DNA from: an uncultured Pseudomonadota bacterium
GTDB lineage: Bacteria > Oederibacteriota > Muellerivitia > Muellerivitales > Muellerivitaceae
Assembly: GCA_963770835.1 (NCBI GenBank)
Contig: CAVYRH010000005.1
Coordinates: 320,001-384,000 of the forward strand
DNA: 64,000 nt
Direction: 5' to 3'
The stretch's first letter is position 1; every line of letters begins with the position of its first letter. The position numbers and the translations under genes were made by a program. The notes beneath the pieces were generated by a model. It saw only the letters and a program-made list of their open reading frames with translations. It had not been told where the DNA came from and made no database searches. This document shows, piece by piece, positions 9,672-19,856 of the stretch.

Positions 9672-10459
9672 GTGAGCGCAACATCCGTCTCACCGTCGAA
9701 TACGACGGGACGGCTTACTCAGGCTGGCAAAAACAGCCCCAGGCCCCCACGGTCCAGGGAGCCCTGGAGGACCGCTTAAAACTGATCTCCGGCCATCCGG
9801 TGGACCTTTTGGTGGCGGGCCGCACGGACGCCGGGGTGCATGCCCTGGGCCAGACCGCCAATTTCCACACCCGTTCCCCCCTGTCCGTCGGCCGCATCTA
9901 CCAAGTGTTGAACCAGCTTTTGCCCCATGACATCCGCATCGTGAAGGCGGAGGAAGTTCCCGCCACTTTCCACGCCACCTATCACGCCTCGGCCAAGCTG
10001 TACCGCTACGTCATCCGCAACGCCAAGGACTATACGGTCTTCGACCGCCACACCTATCATCACTTGCGCCTGCCGTTGGACCTTCCGGCCATGCGGGAGG
10101 CCGCCCGGCACTTGGTGGGAACCCATGACTTCACGGCCTTCCGGGGAACACTAGGGAAACGGGCAAACCCAAAGCGCACCTTATTGAAGATTGAGATCAA
10201 AAAGAAGGGCCCGGATGTGATCCTGGATTTCACCGGGGAGTCCTTCCTCCACCAAATGGTGCGCATCTTGAGCGGGACCCTGGTGTACGCGGGGACGGGA
10301 AAGATCGCCCCCGGGGACATACCGGCCATCCTGAAGTCCAAGGACCGGAAAAAAGCCGGGCCGACCCTGCCGCCCAACGGGCTTTTTTTGGTGAAGGTGT
10401 TCTACCCCAAAGTTTTCCCGCCGGTGAAAAAGCACAGGCCGCGAGAGGTGGAGGAATGA
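9668..10459 (+). CDS. truA: tRNA pseudouridine(38-40) synthase
   Basis: YDGTAYSGWQ, AGRTDAGVHA, GTHDFTAF, FLHQMVRI. Confidence 0.96.
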   Translation: MSERNIRLTVEYDGTAYSGWQKQPQAPTVQGALEDRLKLISGHPVDLLVAGRTDAGVHALGQTANFHTRSPLSVGRIYQVLNQLLPHDIRIVKAEEVPATFHATYHASAKLYRYVIRNAKDYTVFDRHTYHHLRLPLDLPAMREAARHLVGTHDFTAFRGTLGKRANPKRTLLKIEIKKKGPDVILDFTGESFLHQMVRILSGTLVYAGTGKIAPGDIPAILKSKDRKKAGPTLPPNGLFLVKVFYPKVFPPVKKHRPREVEE

Positions 10460-11052
10460 AGCCGTCCATGGTTCTTTACCGGCTGGGAGCCCTGGGGGTT
10501 TTCTTGACCTTCGGCGTTTTGGGGGAGGAACCGCTGGCGGGATCCCTGCGGCAGGATCCTTCCGTTTGGCTGGGAACCGCCATCCTTTTCGGGTTCGCCG
10601 GATTAGCCGGGTTGTTTCTTCTCTCGGTGCGTTATGACTGGCTTCGGCGGGAGAACCGGACCTTGATGTTCTTTTCCCACGGCGCGGCCCTGATCGCCGT
10701 GCTTTGGCTGATCCTCTGGTGTTTTGTCTGGCTGGCGAAGATGATGGCCATGGGCGACAACGCGGAAATGTACATCAAGCACACCGCCTACCTGCACCTG
10801 TTCGGCGTGAGCTTCGCCATGGCGGGCTACGCCACGGGTTGGATGGCCCCCCGGCTGGGGGAGCGTTCGGCGAGGTTTTTGATGACCGTGGGCTGGGCCG
10901 TCAGCTACATGGCTTGGTTCAACCTGTTTTTGCAGCCCGCCCTGAAGTGGCTCTGGGCCCCCGCCATCGGCGGCCTTTTGGCGGCCTTGGGTGCCTTTTT
11001 GATGTCCCGGGAGCCAAAAAGCAACATTGTGACGGCAAAGTCACTGACGTAG
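10456..11052 (+). CDS. Hypothetical integral membrane protein
   Basis: ~6 hydrophobic segments; ATGA overlap with truA stop. Confidence 0.7.
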   Translation: MKPSMVLYRLGALGVFLTFGVLGEEPLAGSLRQDPSVWLGTAILFGFAGLAGLFLLSVRYDWLRRENRTLMFFSHGAALIAVLWLILWCFVWLAKMMAMGDNAEMYIKHTAYLHLFGVSFAMAGYATGWMAPRLGERSARFLMTVGWAVSYMAWFNLFLQPALKWLWAPAIGGLLAALGAFLMSREPKSNIVTAKSLT

Positions 11053-11086
11053 AATGATCCGTCCAAAACACCAAAAAGCTTTATTA

Positions 11087-11171
11087 GCCACAGATGCACA
11101 CGGATAAACACAGATTAGAATTTTAAGAAAATCCGGTTTGTCGTCCGTGTGAATCCGTGTTCATCCGTGGC
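11087..11171. repeat. Intergenic palindromic element built of 10-mer repeats
   Basis: GCCACAGATGCACACGGATAAACACAGAT ... TCCGTGTGAATCCGTGTTCATCCGTGGC. Confidence 0.7.
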
Positions 11172-11193
11172 AAATCATTTTAAAGGATTTTCC

Positions 11194-12645
11194 GTGGCCT
11201 ATGCTTCTTTAGTGGAATTTGTCGAATTCCTCGAAAAAAAAGACGAACTGGTCCGCATCCAAGACGAGGTGGATCCGGTCCTGGAAATCACGGCTATCGC
11301 CGACAAGGTTTCCAAGTCCCCCCAGGGCGGCAAGGCGCTTCTTTTCGAGAAGCCCAAGGGAAGTTCCTATCCTGTCCTCATCAACGCTTTTGGTTCCTAC
11401 AAACGCATGAGCTGGGCCTTGGGTGTGGAGGATCTGGAGGAACACGCCGAGGCACTACGGGAACTTTTAGAGTTGAAGCCTCCCAAAGGTTTCGTCGAAA
11501 AGCTGAAATTCCTGCCCAAGTTGGCCGACATCGCCAAGTTCCCGCCGACGGAAGTGGGAAAGGGCGCCTGCCAGGAGGTAGTCGAAAACAAGCCGGATTT
11601 GACGACCCTTCCGGTTTTGAAATGCTGGCCCCAGGACGGGGGCCGGTTCATCACTTTTCCATTGGTCTATACCCAGGACCCGGAAACGGGCGTCCGCAAC
11701 ATCGGTATGTACCGCATGCAGGTCTATGACGCTACCACTACCGGCATGCATTGGCAGGTGCACCACGGCGGGGCGGGGCACCACCGCAAGGCGGAGAAGA
11801 TGGGGAAGCGACTGGAAGTGGCGGTGGCCTTGGGCGGCGATCCGGCCCTTACTTACGCGGCCACGGCGCCCTTGCCGGAAGGTATCGACGAACTGCTCTT
11901 CGCGGGTTTTTTAAGGAAAAAAGCGGTGGAACTGGTCAAGTGCAAGACCGTCGACCTCATGGTCCACGCCGACGCTGATTTCGTGTTGGAAGGCTATGTT
12001 GAAGCCGGGGAACGCCGGTTGGAGGGGCCTTTCGGCGACCATACGGGCTATTACAGCCTGGCGGACCAATACCCGGTTTTCCACGTGACTTGCCTTACCC
12101 GCCGCAAAAACCCCGTTTATCCCACCACTATCGTGGGCAAGCCGCCCATGGAGGATGGTTATTTAGGGAAGGCCACGGAACGGTTGTTCTTACCCCTAAT
12201 GCGGAAGGTGCTTCCGGAGGTTGTGGATATGGACCTGCCGGTGGAAGGCATCTTCCACAATTTGGCGATCGTCTCCATCGACAAGCAGTATCCGATGCAC
12301 GCCCGCAAGGTCATGTTCGCCCTTTGGGGCTTGGGGCAGATGATGCTCAATAAAATCCTGGTGATCGTGGACAAGGATACGAACGTGCATGACTACGGCC
12401 AGGTGCTGTGGCGGGTCGGCAATTGCATGGACGCCAAAAGGGATGTGGTGATTACCGAAGGTCCCCTGGACGTGCTGGACCACACCTCGCCCATGTGGGC
12501 CTGGGGCGGGAAGATGGGAATTGACGCCACGAAGAAATGGAAAGAAGAGGGGTTTAACCGGGAGTGGCCGGAAGAGTTGGTGATGAGCCAGGATGTCGAG
12601 AATAAAGTAATGCCGATCCTCAAAAAATATGGATTAATCAAGTAA
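11194..12645 (+). CDS. ubiD: UbiD-family (menaquinone biosynthesis, MqnL-type) decarboxylase
   Basis: RNIGMYRMQ, EGPFGDHTGYY, GKPPMED, GKMGIDAT; GTG start after AAAGGA. Confidence 0.9.
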   Translation: MAYASLVEFVEFLEKKDELVRIQDEVDPVLEITAIADKVSKSPQGGKALLFEKPKGSSYPVLINAFGSYKRMSWALGVEDLEEHAEALRELLELKPPKGFVEKLKFLPKLADIAKFPPTEVGKGACQEVVENKPDLTTLPVLKCWPQDGGRFITFPLVYTQDPETGVRNIGMYRMQVYDATTTGMHWQVHHGGAGHHRKAEKMGKRLEVAVALGGDPALTYAATAPLPEGIDELLFAGFLRKKAVELVKCKTVDLMVHADADFVLEGYVEAGERRLEGPFGDHTGYYSLADQYPVFHVTCLTRRKNPVYPTTIVGKPPMEDGYLGKATERLFLPLMRKVLPEVVDMDLPVEGIFHNLAIVSIDKQYPMHARKVMFALWGLGQMMLNKILVIVDKDTNVHDYGQVLWRVGNCMDAKRDVVITEGPLDVLDHTSPMWAWGGKMGIDATKKWKEEGFNREWPEELVMSQDVENKVMPILKKYGLIK

Positions 12646-12656
12646 AGGAACCTGAA

Positions 12657-13346
12657 ATGAGCCAGCAAATTCAGACGATGTTTTCGAATATAGCATCTAC
12701 CTACGACCGGGCGAACCACGTCTTGTCGTTCAATAAGGACGTCCAATGGCGCAAGGATGCGGTTCAACAGATGCTCAAGGACGGGTTCAAACCCAACCGC
12801 GTGTTGGACCTCTGCGCCGGCACGGGGGATTTCGCCCTGGCGGTCAGGGAGCAGGTGCCTGGCGCCCAGGTGATCCTGGCTGACTTTTCCAAGCCCATGC
12901 TTCTTTTGGCTAAACAAAAAACAGGGATGACACAGGGTTTTGAAATCCTGGAGGCTGATGCTTTGAAACTGCCTTTCCAGGACATGACCTTTGACGCGGT
13001 GGTTTGCGGGTTCGGCGTCAGGAACCTGGACGTATTGGAGAAGGGTTTGAGGGAAATTGCCCGAGTCTTGAAGCCCGGCGGGAAAGCCGCCATCCTGGAG
13101 TTTTTTAAACCGACGGGCTTCCTCAACCGGCTCGCCCATGCCTTTTACGTGGGAACCATTGTCCCAATTCGGGGCGGTGTCATTTCCGGCAACAAGGAAG
13201 CCTATGACTACCTCCAAAAATCCGCGAAGAATTTCACTTCCCTTAATGAATTCAAGGGACTCATGGAAAAATGCGGGTTCAAGGACGTTGCCTCTGAAAG
13301 CAAAACCATGGGGGTAGCCGTCAGCATCGTTGGGATTCGAAAGTAG
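12657..13346 (+). CDS. menG: Demethylmenaquinone methyltransferase (UbiE/MenG)
   Basis: YDRANHVLSF, LDLCAGTGD, GFGVRN, RVLKPGG, AYDYL. Confidence 0.9.
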   Translation: MSQQIQTMFSNIASTYDRANHVLSFNKDVQWRKDAVQQMLKDGFKPNRVLDLCAGTGDFALAVREQVPGAQVILADFSKPMLLLAKQKTGMTQGFEILEADALKLPFQDMTFDAVVCGFGVRNLDVLEKGLREIARVLKPGGKAAILEFFKPTGFLNRLAHAFYVGTIVPIRGGVISGNKEAYDYLQKSAKNFTSLNEFKGLMEKCGFKDVASESKTMGVAVSIVGIRK

Positions 13347-13353
13347 GAGCCGC

Positions 13354-13935
13354 ATGAAGAAAATACTTGTCGCAGTCACCGGGGCTTCGGGCACCATCTA
13401 TGCCCGCAGGTTTTTCCAGCATTTTCCCTACGACGATTGGGAAGCGCACGCGGTGGTTTCCGAATCGGCGCGGATCGTGGCTTCCCACGAGGGTGGGCTG
13501 AATCTGCCACCCCATGTGAAGGAATGGGAAGAAAAGGATTTGACTGCCCCCTCAGCCAGCGGCTCCAACAAGTTCGAGGCCATGGTGGTTATTCCTTGTT
13601 CCACCACCACCCTGGGGAAATTAGCCCACGGCATCGCGGACAATTTGATTACCCGTTCCGGGGAGGTCTTCCTGAAAGAACGCCGCAAGCTCATCCTGGT
13701 GCCCCGCGAAACGCCCCTCTCCCTCATTCAGATCAAGAATATGGAGCTACTTACATTGGCAGGTGCCCATGTCATACCCGCCACTCCCAGCTTTTACGGT
13801 AACCCCAAAACCATTGAGGATGTGGTGGATACGGTGATCGCCCGGGTTTATGACCATGCGGGTATCCAGGCGGAAGTATCGAAACGTTGGAGGGAAGAAG
13901 AAACAGAGAAAAAAGAAAAACATTTGGAAGCTTAA
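13354..13935 (+). CDS. ubiX: Flavin prenyltransferase
   Basis: VTGASG, ASGS, PCSTTTL, LKERRKLILVPRETP. Confidence 0.93.
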   Translation: MKKILVAVTGASGTIYARRFFQHFPYDDWEAHAVVSESARIVASHEGGLNLPPHVKEWEEKDLTAPSASGSNKFEAMVVIPCSTTTLGKLAHGIADNLITRSGEVFLKERRKLILVPRETPLSLIQIKNMELLTLAGAHVIPATPSFYGNPKTIEDVVDTVIARVYDHAGIQAEVSKRWREEETEKKEKHLEA

Positions 13936-13952
13936 TTTTTCAGGGGAAAAGT

Positions 13953-14666
13953 ATGAAAAGGTTATTTTTTACTTTTGCTGTGATGTTGTTTACTTTTCCC
14001 GTTTCGGCGGATGATTTGCAGCCTGAACCTCTAAACCAGGCGATCAAGGAATACAAGAAATTCTCTAAAACCGACGATGTTGATCCGGCGAATGACGTAA
14101 TTTGGAAACTTTATGTTCTCTTCAATGTAGGCTCGAATGCATCTTATGGATCGATTACGTCCGGTTCGTTATTCTTGGGAGCCGCTTCGTCTGGGATATC
14201 TTCGCTTGTGATTTTTCAGAAAACGGATAGTTATTCAAATCCTGACACTTTGTTGGCAGGATTGACCTCGGAACCTGATTTTTTTGTCTTGCTTCCCGTC
14301 AACAATCTTTATAACTATTTTCGTCCCATTCCCAAACCGGGTGATGTTATTGTCTTAAAGGGGAGAATTTCGGGCCATTTCAATTATCAAACTCATGCTG
14401 GTCAAAAAGTTTTTATCTTAAGCGCCCTCAATCTTTATTTGGAAGATGGGAAAAAACTTCCATTCGAACATTTTGACCCTCCGAGGGACTATTCTATAAT
14501 GCCTTCGGTTACGCCTGCGATTTTGACCCCCGAACCGGTGCCTGCTTCGATGGCTGGCCCGACAACGACTTCGACTAGTGTGGTTTTTACACCAGCTTCG
14601 CCAACGGCTGTTGCTTCATTTACTGCGACTCCAGGCTTCTTCAAATCCAGAACCGTAAACCAATAA
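13953..14666 (+). CDS. Hypothetical exported protein, AT-rich, Thr/Pro-rich tail
   Basis: Signal peptide MKRLFFTFAVMLFTFPVSA-DD; visibly lower GC than neighbours. Confidence 0.65.
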   Translation: MKRLFFTFAVMLFTFPVSADDLQPEPLNQAIKEYKKFSKTDDVDPANDVIWKLYVLFNVGSNASYGSITSGSLFLGAASSGISSLVIFQKTDSYSNPDTLLAGLTSEPDFFVLLPVNNLYNYFRPIPKPGDVIVLKGRISGHFNYQTHAGQKVFILSALNLYLEDGKKLPFEHFDPPRDYSIMPSVTPAILTPEPVPASMAGPTTTSTSVVFTPASPTAVASFTATPGFFKSRTVNQ

Positions 14667-14692
14667 ACCATTTTGAATAAAGGCATAGCAGG

Positions 14693-15565
14693 GTGACTCT
14701 TCAAAAACTCAAAACCCTTTCCGATCTTGTGGTTTTGCCCCACTCCGTATTCGCCCTTCCGTTCGCTTTGGCGAGTCTTTTGACCGCTACCCACGGCAGG
14801 CCGTCCCTTCACGTCCTATTTTGGGTCATTGTGTGTATGGTTTTGGCCCGGACAACGGCCATGGCTTATAACCGGCTGGTGGACGCGGACATCGACGCTA
14901 AAAATCCCCGGACCCAAAACCGGGACATTCCAGCGGGGCGCATTAAGCCCTGGCAGGTACGGCTTATGACGGTCATTTGTTCCCTTTGTTTTGTGCTGGC
15001 CTGTTATCCCTTGAATGTCCTGGCATTTAAGTTGTCCCCCCTGGCGCTCGTCATTGTCTTCTTTTATTCCCATACCAAGCGTTTCACTTGGGCTTCCCAT
15101 TTGTTCCTGGGGTTGGCGTTGGGGGTTGCCCCGGTCGGGGCCTGGATCGCGGCCACGGGTGCTTTCGCACCGGAACCTTTCTGGTTGATGGCCGCCGTTA
15201 TCTGTTTCCTGGCGGGTTTTGACATTCTCTACGCCACGCAAGATGAGGCTTTCGACAGGAAAGAGGGGCTCCAGTCCTGGGTCGTGCGCTGGGGCTTGCC
15301 TAATAGCCTGAAAGCCTCTCGATTCTTCCATGCCTGTATGTTAGGATTTCTGGCCGGTTTCGGGGTTCAGGCCGGGTTTTCGCCCATCTATTACTGGGGA
15401 ATCGGCGTTATCGGGGCGGTCCTGCTTTACCAACATAAAAATGCTTACAAGTTGGAAGCCGTCGGCGGCAGTTCGCAGTTTACCCTTTCTCCTTCCATGA
15501 TGAAGATGAACGGGTGGATTTCCATCCTCTATTTCGCTGTCGTAGGAGTCACCATTTGGTTCTGA
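14693..15565 (+). CDS. ubiA: UbiA-family prenyltransferase (MqnP-like)
   Basis: HSVFALPFA, NRLVDADIDAKNPRT, YSHTKRFT, FDILYATQDEAFD. Confidence 0.9.
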   Translation: MTLQKLKTLSDLVVLPHSVFALPFALASLLTATHGRPSLHVLFWVIVCMVLARTTAMAYNRLVDADIDAKNPRTQNRDIPAGRIKPWQVRLMTVICSLCFVLACYPLNVLAFKLSPLALVIVFFYSHTKRFTWASHLFLGLALGVAPVGAWIAATGAFAPEPFWLMAAVICFLAGFDILYATQDEAFDRKEGLQSWVVRWGLPNSLKASRFFHACMLGFLAGFGVQAGFSPIYYWGIGVIGAVLLYQHKNAYKLEAVGGSSQFTLSPSMMKMNGWISILYFAVVGVTIWF

Positions 15566-16680
15566 AAAAGCTTTTAAACCAGTCGCCCCTCAAAGACATC
15601 TATGAGAAAGTTGAAAAAAGCATCCGAATCACGGATGAGGATGCCCTCCGTCTTTACCAGACCAACGATCTTTATATTTTGGGAGCCATAGCCAACCTGG
15701 TTCGGGAAAGAAAAAACGGGAACGACACTTACTACAACATCAACCGGCATATCGACTACACCAACGTCTGCGCCACCACCTGCAAGTTCTGCGCTTTTTC
15801 CAGGTTTGAGGGGGAAGAAGGCGCCTTTGAGTTTACCCACCAGCAGATCGCCCAAAAAGCCAAGGAAGCCTTCGAAAAGGAACATATTACGGAGCTGCAC
15901 ATCGTCGGAGGCCTCCACCCGACTTATGATTTCGAGTGGTACGAGGACATGCTACGGCTCTTGAAGAAAACCGTGCCCAGTGTGCACCTGAAGTGCTTCA
16001 CGGCCGTGGAAATCAACTTCTTCGCCGACAAGTACAATCTGTCCTACGGGGAAGTGTTGAGCCGGTTAAAAGCGGCGGGGTTGGATTCCATGCCCGGCGG
16101 CGGAGCCGAGATTTTCCACCCAGAGGTAAGGGAGCAGATCTGCCCCGGCAAGGCTACGGCGGACCAATGGATTGAAGTACACCGCACCGCCCACGGTCTG
16201 GGGTTCAAGACCAACGCCACCATGCTTTACGGCCATATCGAGAAATACGAGCACCGGGTGGACCATATGCGGCGCTTGAGGGAACTGCAGGACGAGACCG
16301 GCGGCTTCCAAACTTTTATCCCCCTGGCCTTTCACCCCGACCACACGGCCATGGACCATTTCGCCCGGCCCTCTGGCATGGAAGACCTGAAAACCCTGGC
16401 CGTTGCCCGGGTTTACCTGGACAATTTTCCCCATATCAAGGCCTATTGGATCATGTTGGGCGTGAAGCTGTCCCAGCTTTCCCTTTCCTACGGCGTGGAC
16501 GACATCGATGGAACGGTGATCGAAGAAAAAATTTATCATATGGCCGGAGCGGATACCCCGGAGATCATGACGGTGGGGGACCTGCGGCGCCTGATCCGGG
16601 AAGCGGGCCGCACACCCGTGGAACGGGACACGTTGTACAAGGAACTTAAAACCATTCAGGAACCGGCACTCTCGAAGTAA
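15556..16680 (+). CDS. mqnE: Aminofutalosine synthase (radical SAM)
   Basis: CATTCKFCAF, ELHIVGGLHP, PGGGAEIF, ATMLYGHIE, HIKAYWIM; TTG start after AGGAG. Confidence 0.9.
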   Translation: MVLKKLLNQSPLKDIYEKVEKSIRITDEDALRLYQTNDLYILGAIANLVRERKNGNDTYYNINRHIDYTNVCATTCKFCAFSRFEGEEGAFEFTHQQIAQKAKEAFEKEHITELHIVGGLHPTYDFEWYEDMLRLLKKTVPSVHLKCFTAVEINFFADKYNLSYGEVLSRLKAAGLDSMPGGGAEIFHPEVREQICPGKATADQWIEVHRTAHGLGFKTNATMLYGHIEKYEHRVDHMRRLRELQDETGGFQTFIPLAFHPDHTAMDHFARPSGMEDLKTLAVARVYLDNFPHIKAYWIMLGVKLSQLSLSYGVDDIDGTVIEEKIYHMAGADTPEIMTVGDLRRLIREAGRTPVERDTLYKELKTIQEPALSK

Positions 16681-16704
16681 ATTTCAAGTTAAAGAGGATA
16701 TGGA

Positions 16705-17625
16705 ATGAGCGATACCACTGCCGATACCCCAGCTGCCGCGCCTGCCCCGGCGCCAAAACCGGCGGTGACGCCCGCACCTGTGGCGACAGCAACTCCCGCT
16801 GCGGCTCCCGCAGCCACTGCCACTGCGGCTCCGCCAACGGCTGCACAGCCGGTTAAATTCATTGCGAAGCCCATGAATATCGGCGTCATACCCTTCCTCA
16901 ACGTCCAGCCACTGATCTGGGATATGAAAAACCACCATCATTTATTTCCCGTTCCCCCCAGCCAAATGGGCGCCTTGCTCAAAAAAGGCCAACTGGATGT
17001 GGCCATTGCTCCCGTCGTGGTGAAATTCCTGAATCCGGAGCTCCAGATTGTTCCGGTGGCGGCCATCGGCTGCAAGGGGCCGGTCAAAAGTGTCCGCCTA
17101 CTGTCCCACGTTCCATTAGATCAAGTGACCCGGCTTTTCGCCGATTCGCGTTCCCAAACTTCGGTCCTTTTGACCCGTTTGATCCTGAAAAAATGGTATG
17201 GGGTCAAGAAACTGGAGGTGAAGCACGTGGAGACGGAAAGCTTTAAGCCCAACCAAACCAAGCCCTGGGAAGCATCCCTGCAGATTGGGGACATTGCTTT
17301 GGAATCAGCCCCTTCCGGCATGAACGTTTTGGACCTGGGCGAGGAATGGTTCCTTCGTACCCAAAAACCCTTCGTCTTCGCCGTCTGGATGGCCCGTAAC
17401 GTACAGGTTGCCCGTGAGATCGAAATGGACCTTTTGGCCGCCAAGACCGAGGGTCTCAAGCATATTCTGGAGATCGTCGATGGTTACCATGGCATCTGGG
17501 TTTTCCACCGGCCCCAAGCCAAGGAATACCTGGAAAAGAACATCGATTTCACCTATACCGCTAAAGAGGTCCAAGGCCAGTTGGAATTCGAGAAACTGCT
17601 GAAAGAAGAAGGTTTAATCCTTTAA
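16705..17625 (+). CDS. mqnA: Chorismate dehydratase with Ala/Pro/Thr-rich N-terminal extension
   Basis: IPFLNVQPL, GPVKSV, SQTSVLL, IGDIAL, DLGEEW, PFVFAVW. Confidence 0.88.
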   Translation: MSDTTADTPAAAPAPAPKPAVTPAPVATATPAAAPAATATAAPPTAAQPVKFIAKPMNIGVIPFLNVQPLIWDMKNHHHLFPVPPSQMGALLKKGQLDVAIAPVVVKFLNPELQIVPVAAIGCKGPVKSVRLLSHVPLDQVTRLFADSRSQTSVLLTRLILKKWYGVKKLEVKHVETESFKPNQTKPWEASLQIGDIALESAPSGMNVLDLGEEWFLRTQKPFVFAVWMARNVQVAREIEMDLLAAKTEGLKHILEIVDGYHGIWVFHRPQAKEYLEKNIDFTYTAKEVQGQLEFEKLLKEEGLIL

Positions 17626-17642
17626 TACCGAGGAAACGTTGA

Positions 17643-18719
17643 ATGTCCCTAGCCACCGTTGAAATGCTGCAAGAGAGGGTTTTAGACGGCCACGTGGTGG
17701 ACCGCCAGGAAGCGCTGGAGTTGTTCCAGGGTTCCAGCTTGAACGAACTGGGGGCCATCGCCGACACCCTGAAGGTCCGTTCCAAGGGCGACAAGATCGC
17801 CACCTACCTCATCGACCGCAACATCAATTACACCAATGTCTGCGTGACCTATTGCAAGTTCTGCGCCTTCTACCGAGAGCCCGGCGACACGAAGGAAGGC
17901 TACGTCAACGAGGCGGATAAGATCATCCACAAGATCGCGGAAGCCAAGGAAAAGGGCTGCACGCAGATTTTGCTGCAGGGCGGCCACCACCCGGATTTGA
18001 CGCTGGACTGGTACTTGAGCATGCTGTCGAAGGTCAAAAAGGCCCATCCGGATATCACCCTACATTCTTTCTCCCCCCCGGAACTGGTGCATTTCTCCGG
18101 TCTTTTCGGGATGACAGTTATCGAAATTCTTAAGAAATTCAAGGAAGCGGGCATGGACTCCATGCCGGGCGGCGGGGCCGAGATATTAGTGGACCGGGTG
18201 CGCAAGGAAATCGCGCCCCTGAAGGCTTCCACCGAGGAATGGCTGGGCGTCATGCGCGACGTGCATTCCCTGGGCATGCGTTCCACGGCCACAATGATGT
18301 TCGGCCACGTGGAAACCATCGAGGACCGTATTGAACACATTTTTCATATACGGGAACTTCAAGAGGAAACGGGCGGATTCCTGGGTTTCATCCCCTGGCT
18401 TTACCAGCCGGGCAACGAAAGCCTGGGGCTAAAAAGCGCCAGCGGTCAAGAATACCTGAAGACCCTGGCCCTTTCCCGCGTCATCCTCAACCATTGCCTG
18501 CCCAACCTGCAGGCTTCCTGGGTCACGCCTGGCAAAAAGATCGGCCAAATCGGCCTCAAGTACGGGGCCAACGACCTGGGCAGCATCATGCTGGAAGAAA
18601 ACGTAGTGGCTTCTACGGGCCTCAAATACCTGATGAGTCTGGAGGAAATGCGGCGCCTGATCAAGGAAATGGGTTATGAGCCCCATCAGCGCGATACTTT
18701 TTATAACCTGGTCAATTGA
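17643..18719 (+). CDS. mqnC: Cyclic dehypoxanthine futalosine synthase (radical SAM)
   Basis: DRNINYTNVCVTYCKFCAFYR, LLQGGHHP, ATMMFGHVE, QASWVT, GANDLGSIMLEENVV. Confidence 0.92.
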   Translation: MSLATVEMLQERVLDGHVVDRQEALELFQGSSLNELGAIADTLKVRSKGDKIATYLIDRNINYTNVCVTYCKFCAFYREPGDTKEGYVNEADKIIHKIAEAKEKGCTQILLQGGHHPDLTLDWYLSMLSKVKKAHPDITLHSFSPPELVHFSGLFGMTVIEILKKFKEAGMDSMPGGGAEILVDRVRKEIAPLKASTEEWLGVMRDVHSLGMRSTATMMFGHVETIEDRIEHIFHIRELQEETGGFLGFIPWLYQPGNESLGLKSASGQEYLKTLALSRVILNHCLPNLQASWVTPGKKIGQIGLKYGANDLGSIMLEENVVASTGLKYLMSLEEMRRLIKEMGYEPHQRDTFYNLVN

Positions 18720-18744
18720 CGGAATTCCCAAGAAAGAAAAATTA

Positions 18745-19137
18745 ATGAAGGAATATAACGAGAGCCACGCCAAGTCGGGGCTCAACATAAAGCTTCCCAG
18801 TATTGAGACCTTTCCCAACCAGTTTCCGGCTTATACTATCCGTATCGAAATTCCCGAATATACGGCGGTTTGCCCCAAGACCGGCCTGCCGGATTTCGGC
18901 ACCATCATCTTGGAATATGAACCGGTGAAGAATGTTTTGGAATTGAAATCCCTGAAGGGCTATATCCTGGCTTACCGGAACATCGGCATTTTTTACGAGA
19001 ACGCCGTCAACCGAATGCTGCGGGATTTCGTGGCCGCCGCCAAGCCCAAATGGTGCCGGGTGACGGGGCAATTCGCCACCCGAGGTGGTATGCATTCCAC
19101 TATCTCAGTCCTTTACGGGAAACCGGTCAAGCGCTAA
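18745..19137 (+). CDS. queF: preQ0 reductase (short type)
   Basis: PEYTAVCPKTGLPDFG, ELKSLKGY, TRGG. Confidence 0.92.
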   Translation: MKEYNESHAKSGLNIKLPSIETFPNQFPAYTIRIEIPEYTAVCPKTGLPDFGTIILEYEPVKNVLELKSLKGYILAYRNIGIFYENAVNRMLRDFVAAAKPKWCRVTGQFATRGGMHSTISVLYGKPVKR

Positions 19138-19353
19138 CGTTTTTGGCGGTCTTTTGGGCCCTTTAAGCCTTGGATTAAATCGGATGAAAACCGTCTATAA
19201 GCCGAAGACCAACACTCCCTATTTAATTCCTGAAATGGTTCGCTCGAAAATCCGAAGGGGTGTATGATCTTTCCCATAGACCGGAAAAGGCTGACTTGTA
19301 CAATTGGCTGAAAACGTTTTTTGCCAATTTTTTGATGGTGGGAGTTTATTGAG

Positions 19354-19770
19354 ATGAAAAATTCCAAAATCCTTCTTCTGATCGGTATAGCCGTCCTGGC
19401 TCCCGCTTTTCTGTGGGCGGGGTCCACCATTACCCCTGAAAACGACTATCGCAAAGGGCTCGACCTTTACGCCAAGGGTAAGTATGAGGCGGCATTGGAA
19501 CGCTTCCAATTGGCCATCGATGAAAATTGGAACTTCTGGCAGTCCTATCAAATGGTGGGTTATTGCTATTTTGAACTGAGGGATAAAGAAAGTGCTCTCA
19601 ATGCCTTCGAAGAAAGCCTCAAAATCAAGCCCGACAATCCCAAATTGGTGAAGATCATCAACGATTTAAAAGCCGGAACCCTCGATATCCCCGTCCGGCC
19701 CGTGGAAGCTGAGGTCCAGCCTGTCGGGACCCCGGTTTATCTCCAGACGTATTACACCTATAACAAATAG
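19354..19770 (+). CDS. Exported TPR protein
   Basis: Signal peptide plus two TPR-like repeats. Confidence 0.75.
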   Translation: MKNSKILLLIGIAVLAPAFLWAGSTITPENDYRKGLDLYAKGKYEAALERFQLAIDENWNFWQSYQMVGYCYFELRDKESALNAFEESLKIKPDNPKLVKIINDLKAGTLDIPVRPVEAEVQPVGTPVYLQTYYTYNK

Positions 19771-19856
19771 TTTCCGCCCTTCCAAACCCCCTTTGGAATT
19801 TTCCCGTTTCGGCTATAATTCCCCCATTCTTGAACTCCCCGTAAGGAGAACACTCC

